From Candidatus Binatus soli (lineage in GTDB: Bacteria > Desulfobacterota > Binatia > Binatales > Binataceae), in NCBI GenBank assembly GCA_002479255.1, contig DLMJ01000021.1, forward strand, positions 68,943 through 132,942: 64,000 bases of DNA. The letters run 5' to 3'. The position numbers and the translations under genes are program-made. Positions within the stretch are counted from its first letter, which is position 1. Each line of letters starts with the position of its first letter. Below the pieces are notes generated by a model that saw only the letters and a list, made by a program, of their open reading frames with translations, did not search any database and was not told the DNA's origin. Positions 62,280 through 64,000 of this stretch are shown here, piece by piece.

Positions 62280-63044
62280 GTGTCATCGACTCTGGATAAA
62301 ATCCGCCACGCCGCCGCGCCGCACGGACTCAATCTGGTCGCGGCGACTCCCGTGGCGCGCTACGACAACGAAGCCTCTATCAAGGGAATTGCGCGCGCCT
62401 CGGCGATCGATCCCCATGCACGCTCGATCGTCGTCATCGGCAATGGCGGCGGCGCGCTCTGGGATGCGCTCAAATCCCACGCGGCGCGCCATCCGCGATG
62501 GTGGGATCTTGAAAATCCGCTCGACGAATTCACTCGCGAAGTTGTCGAGCGCGACGTGGCCGGCCCCCTTCGCGCATCGGGCGCGCGATGCACCACCGTT
62601 TACCCGTTCATGAACAGCGGCCGCACGCTCAACTTCATCGAGCTGGGCAAGGTCGCGGGAGTCGCCGGGCCGAGCATCCTCGGCGTCACCGTGCATCCTG
62701 TATATGGACCGTGGATCGCATTTCGCGCCGCGCTCCTGCTCGACGAGGAGCTTGATTCACCGGGCGACGCGGTCGGCTTCGATCCGTGCCCCCGATGCAC
62801 CGCGCGCACTTGTATTCCCGCGTGCCCGGCCGGCGCGGTAAGGGCAGATTCGGGATGGGACATCCCCAAATGCCTGACGCATCGCGTCGAAGTCGAGGCG
62901 GATTGCACGCCGCAATGCCACGCGCGGGCGGGATGCGTGCTCGGCCCCGAGCATCGTTACCCCGCCGACGAACTCGCCTATCATCAGATGCGCGCGCTGC
63001 GCTCGATGCGTCCGTACTACATCTCCCAGCTCAAACCCCGTTGA
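62280..63044 (+). CDS. Putative Fe-S protein with a C-terminal Cys-rich ferredoxin-like domain (QueG/epoxyqueuosine-reductase-like?)
   Basis: The first in-frame start after the upstream stop is GTG at 62280. The C-terminus reads CPRCTARTCIPACPAGAV...C.......C...C. Family is uncertain. Confidence 0.4.
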   Translation: MSSTLDKIRHAAAPHGLNLVAATPVARYDNEASIKGIARASAIDPHARSIVVIGNGGGALWDALKSHAARHPRWWDLENPLDEFTREVVERDVAGPLRASGARCTTVYPFMNSGRTLNFIELGKVAGVAGPSILGVTVHPVYGPWIAFRAALLLDEELDSPGDAVGFDPCPRCTARTCIPACPAGAVRADSGWDIPKCLTHRVEVEADCTPQCHARAGCVLGPEHRYPADELAYHQMRALRSMRPYYISQLKPR

Positions 63045-63272
63045 GAAACAGCTTGAGTCTGGCAACCTGAAGAGCGCAACGGGCGTGATTCTTTTCAGCG
63101 ACGCGGATTTGCTTCGCGTCACGGCGAAGAAAACCCAACGCGGCCAGCGTGGGCGCGATTGTGGACGGCCAATTGGGCGGAAAAGAACAATTTCTACCTT
63201 CCGTTGTGGTTTTGTGACGGCTACGCTCTAGGGCTAGTTTCGTTCCGTCAAAAATTATTCCTGCCGCAAGTG

Positions 63273-63298
63273 CGGCTCGCCCGACTTCGGGCGAGCCG
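63273..63298. other. Perfect 11-bp-stem hairpin CGGCTCGCCCG-ACTT-CGGGCGAGCCG in the non-coding stretch
   Basis: Seen in the sequence, with no adjacent T-run; it could be a terminator or attachment-site relic. Confidence 0.3.
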
Positions 63299-63396
63299 GG
63301 CGAGTACGGGACATCCTGGCGGTTGACCATACCGTACGCATAGCACGCCAAATCCGGCGGGGGCAGGATGAACTAGTTCATCCCGTTGATCGAAAC

Positions 63397-64000
63397 CTAA
63401 TGAGTGCCTGACTTTCTCGCCCTCTGCCAAACGCCGCGCTGCATGGCCTGCCACATCGCCTCGATGACAGCGGGCGAGGTGAAGTGAGCGTTCGGTGTCG
63501 AGGCGCGCGCGGCTTCGTATTCGTCCTTGGTCAGAAGTTCACGGAGTTGGTTCGCGACCGGCTGCCATTCCTGCGGCGGGTACGGGCGAAAGGCACCCGG
63601 CATCGCGCCCCATCCCGCGTAGCGGACGAGGATGGATTTTCCCGCTTCGGTCGCGTCGCGGTTTTCTGTTTCGATCAGTTTGAGGGTGCGGATGGCGTCG
63701 ATGTTGGCGAGGGCTTTTTCCCGGAGGCTGCCCTCGCCGATGTGATGGGCTGAGGTTATCCGGAAGTCGCGGGCGGGTGTTTCTTCTTTCTCGGTCTCGA
63801 GTCCGCGAACGATCGTTGCGGCGGGCGGTCCTCGCTCGGCGGGAAGGTCCATTCGCGCGTCACCGTCTCCCACGCCGCCTGGTAGTCCATTTTCCAGACC
63901 GAGATCAGTTCGTACAGGAGGTCCCCTGCCCGCTCCTGAGTTTCGTGGAGCGTCTGCTCCAGTTGATGGTTGCTCTGGAGTTCGGCCAGCATCTTCGGGT
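63397..64000 (-). pseudogene. Frameshifted N-terminal fragment of a mobile-element-type DNA methylase/SNF2-helicase large protein (runs off the window edge)
   Basis: Two adjacent minus-strand frames overlap, 63756..>64000 and 63397..63873. The second encodes ...ANIDAIRTLKLIETENRDATEAGKSILVRYAGWGAMPGAF..., the characteristic N-terminal block of large ICE/plasmid methylase-helicase proteins. It ends at a stop after about 158 codons. Confidence 0.45.

Noticed and set aside
63050-63400. Looked for a tRNA gene (possible integration site) next to the mobile-element relic
   Set aside because: No cloverleaf-compatible sequence or GTTCGAATC-type T-arm found by eye; only a simple hairpin (63273–63298).

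Overview
This window is a high-GC (roughly mid-60s % by eye) bacterial chromosomal segment; the gene content is reminiscent of soil Acidobacteria or Rokubacteria, but phylum is not resolvable from sequence alone. I could support no rRNA, tRNA or CRISPR.

The conserved backbone genes are:
- an RND efflux operon ordered permease–adaptor–TolC-like outer-membrane factor
- pyruvate:ferredoxin oxidoreductase (NifJ-type) translationally coupled to a dihydroorotate-dehydrogenase-like flavoprotein
- a DUF35 plus SCP2-thiolase pair
- a TonB-dependent receptor, a GST, TrxB, MoaC, an RlmI-like methyltransferase, RNase HI, GlgA and Lon
- an ABC transporter, an MMPL exporter and a Ycf48-like beta-propeller protein

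Two metabolic or regulatory modules stand out:
- A five-gene CoA-dependent C5-dicarboxylate (itaconate/mesaconate/methylsuccinate-like) catabolic operon with a divergent extra CoA-transferase.
- A putative oxyanion (Mo/W) module: a Mop molbindin, a small outer-membrane barrel, an XRE-HTH/PBP-like regulator and a porin.

An accessory, repeat-laden, partly AT-richer region spans roughly 32.7–40 kb. It contains:
- two families of short intergenic repeats
- an M28 peptidase gene bracketed by ~125-bp inverted repeats
- the best candidate for an undescribed system. This is the remains of a dcm–vsr locus (motif-I fragment of a C5-cytosine methyltransferase and a C-terminal Vsr fragment) split by an AT-richer two-gene cassette. 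The cassette encodes a DUF3883/NOV_C (PD-(D/E)xK-like) protein translationally coupled to a small Cys-rich protein.

Two further accessory islets are present. An AT-richer islet at 22.6–23.8 kb holds two small overlapping genes and a YD-repeat fragment, possibly an Rhs/polymorphic-toxin remnant. The right edge carries a frameshifted N-terminal fragment of a mobile-element-type methylase/helicase.
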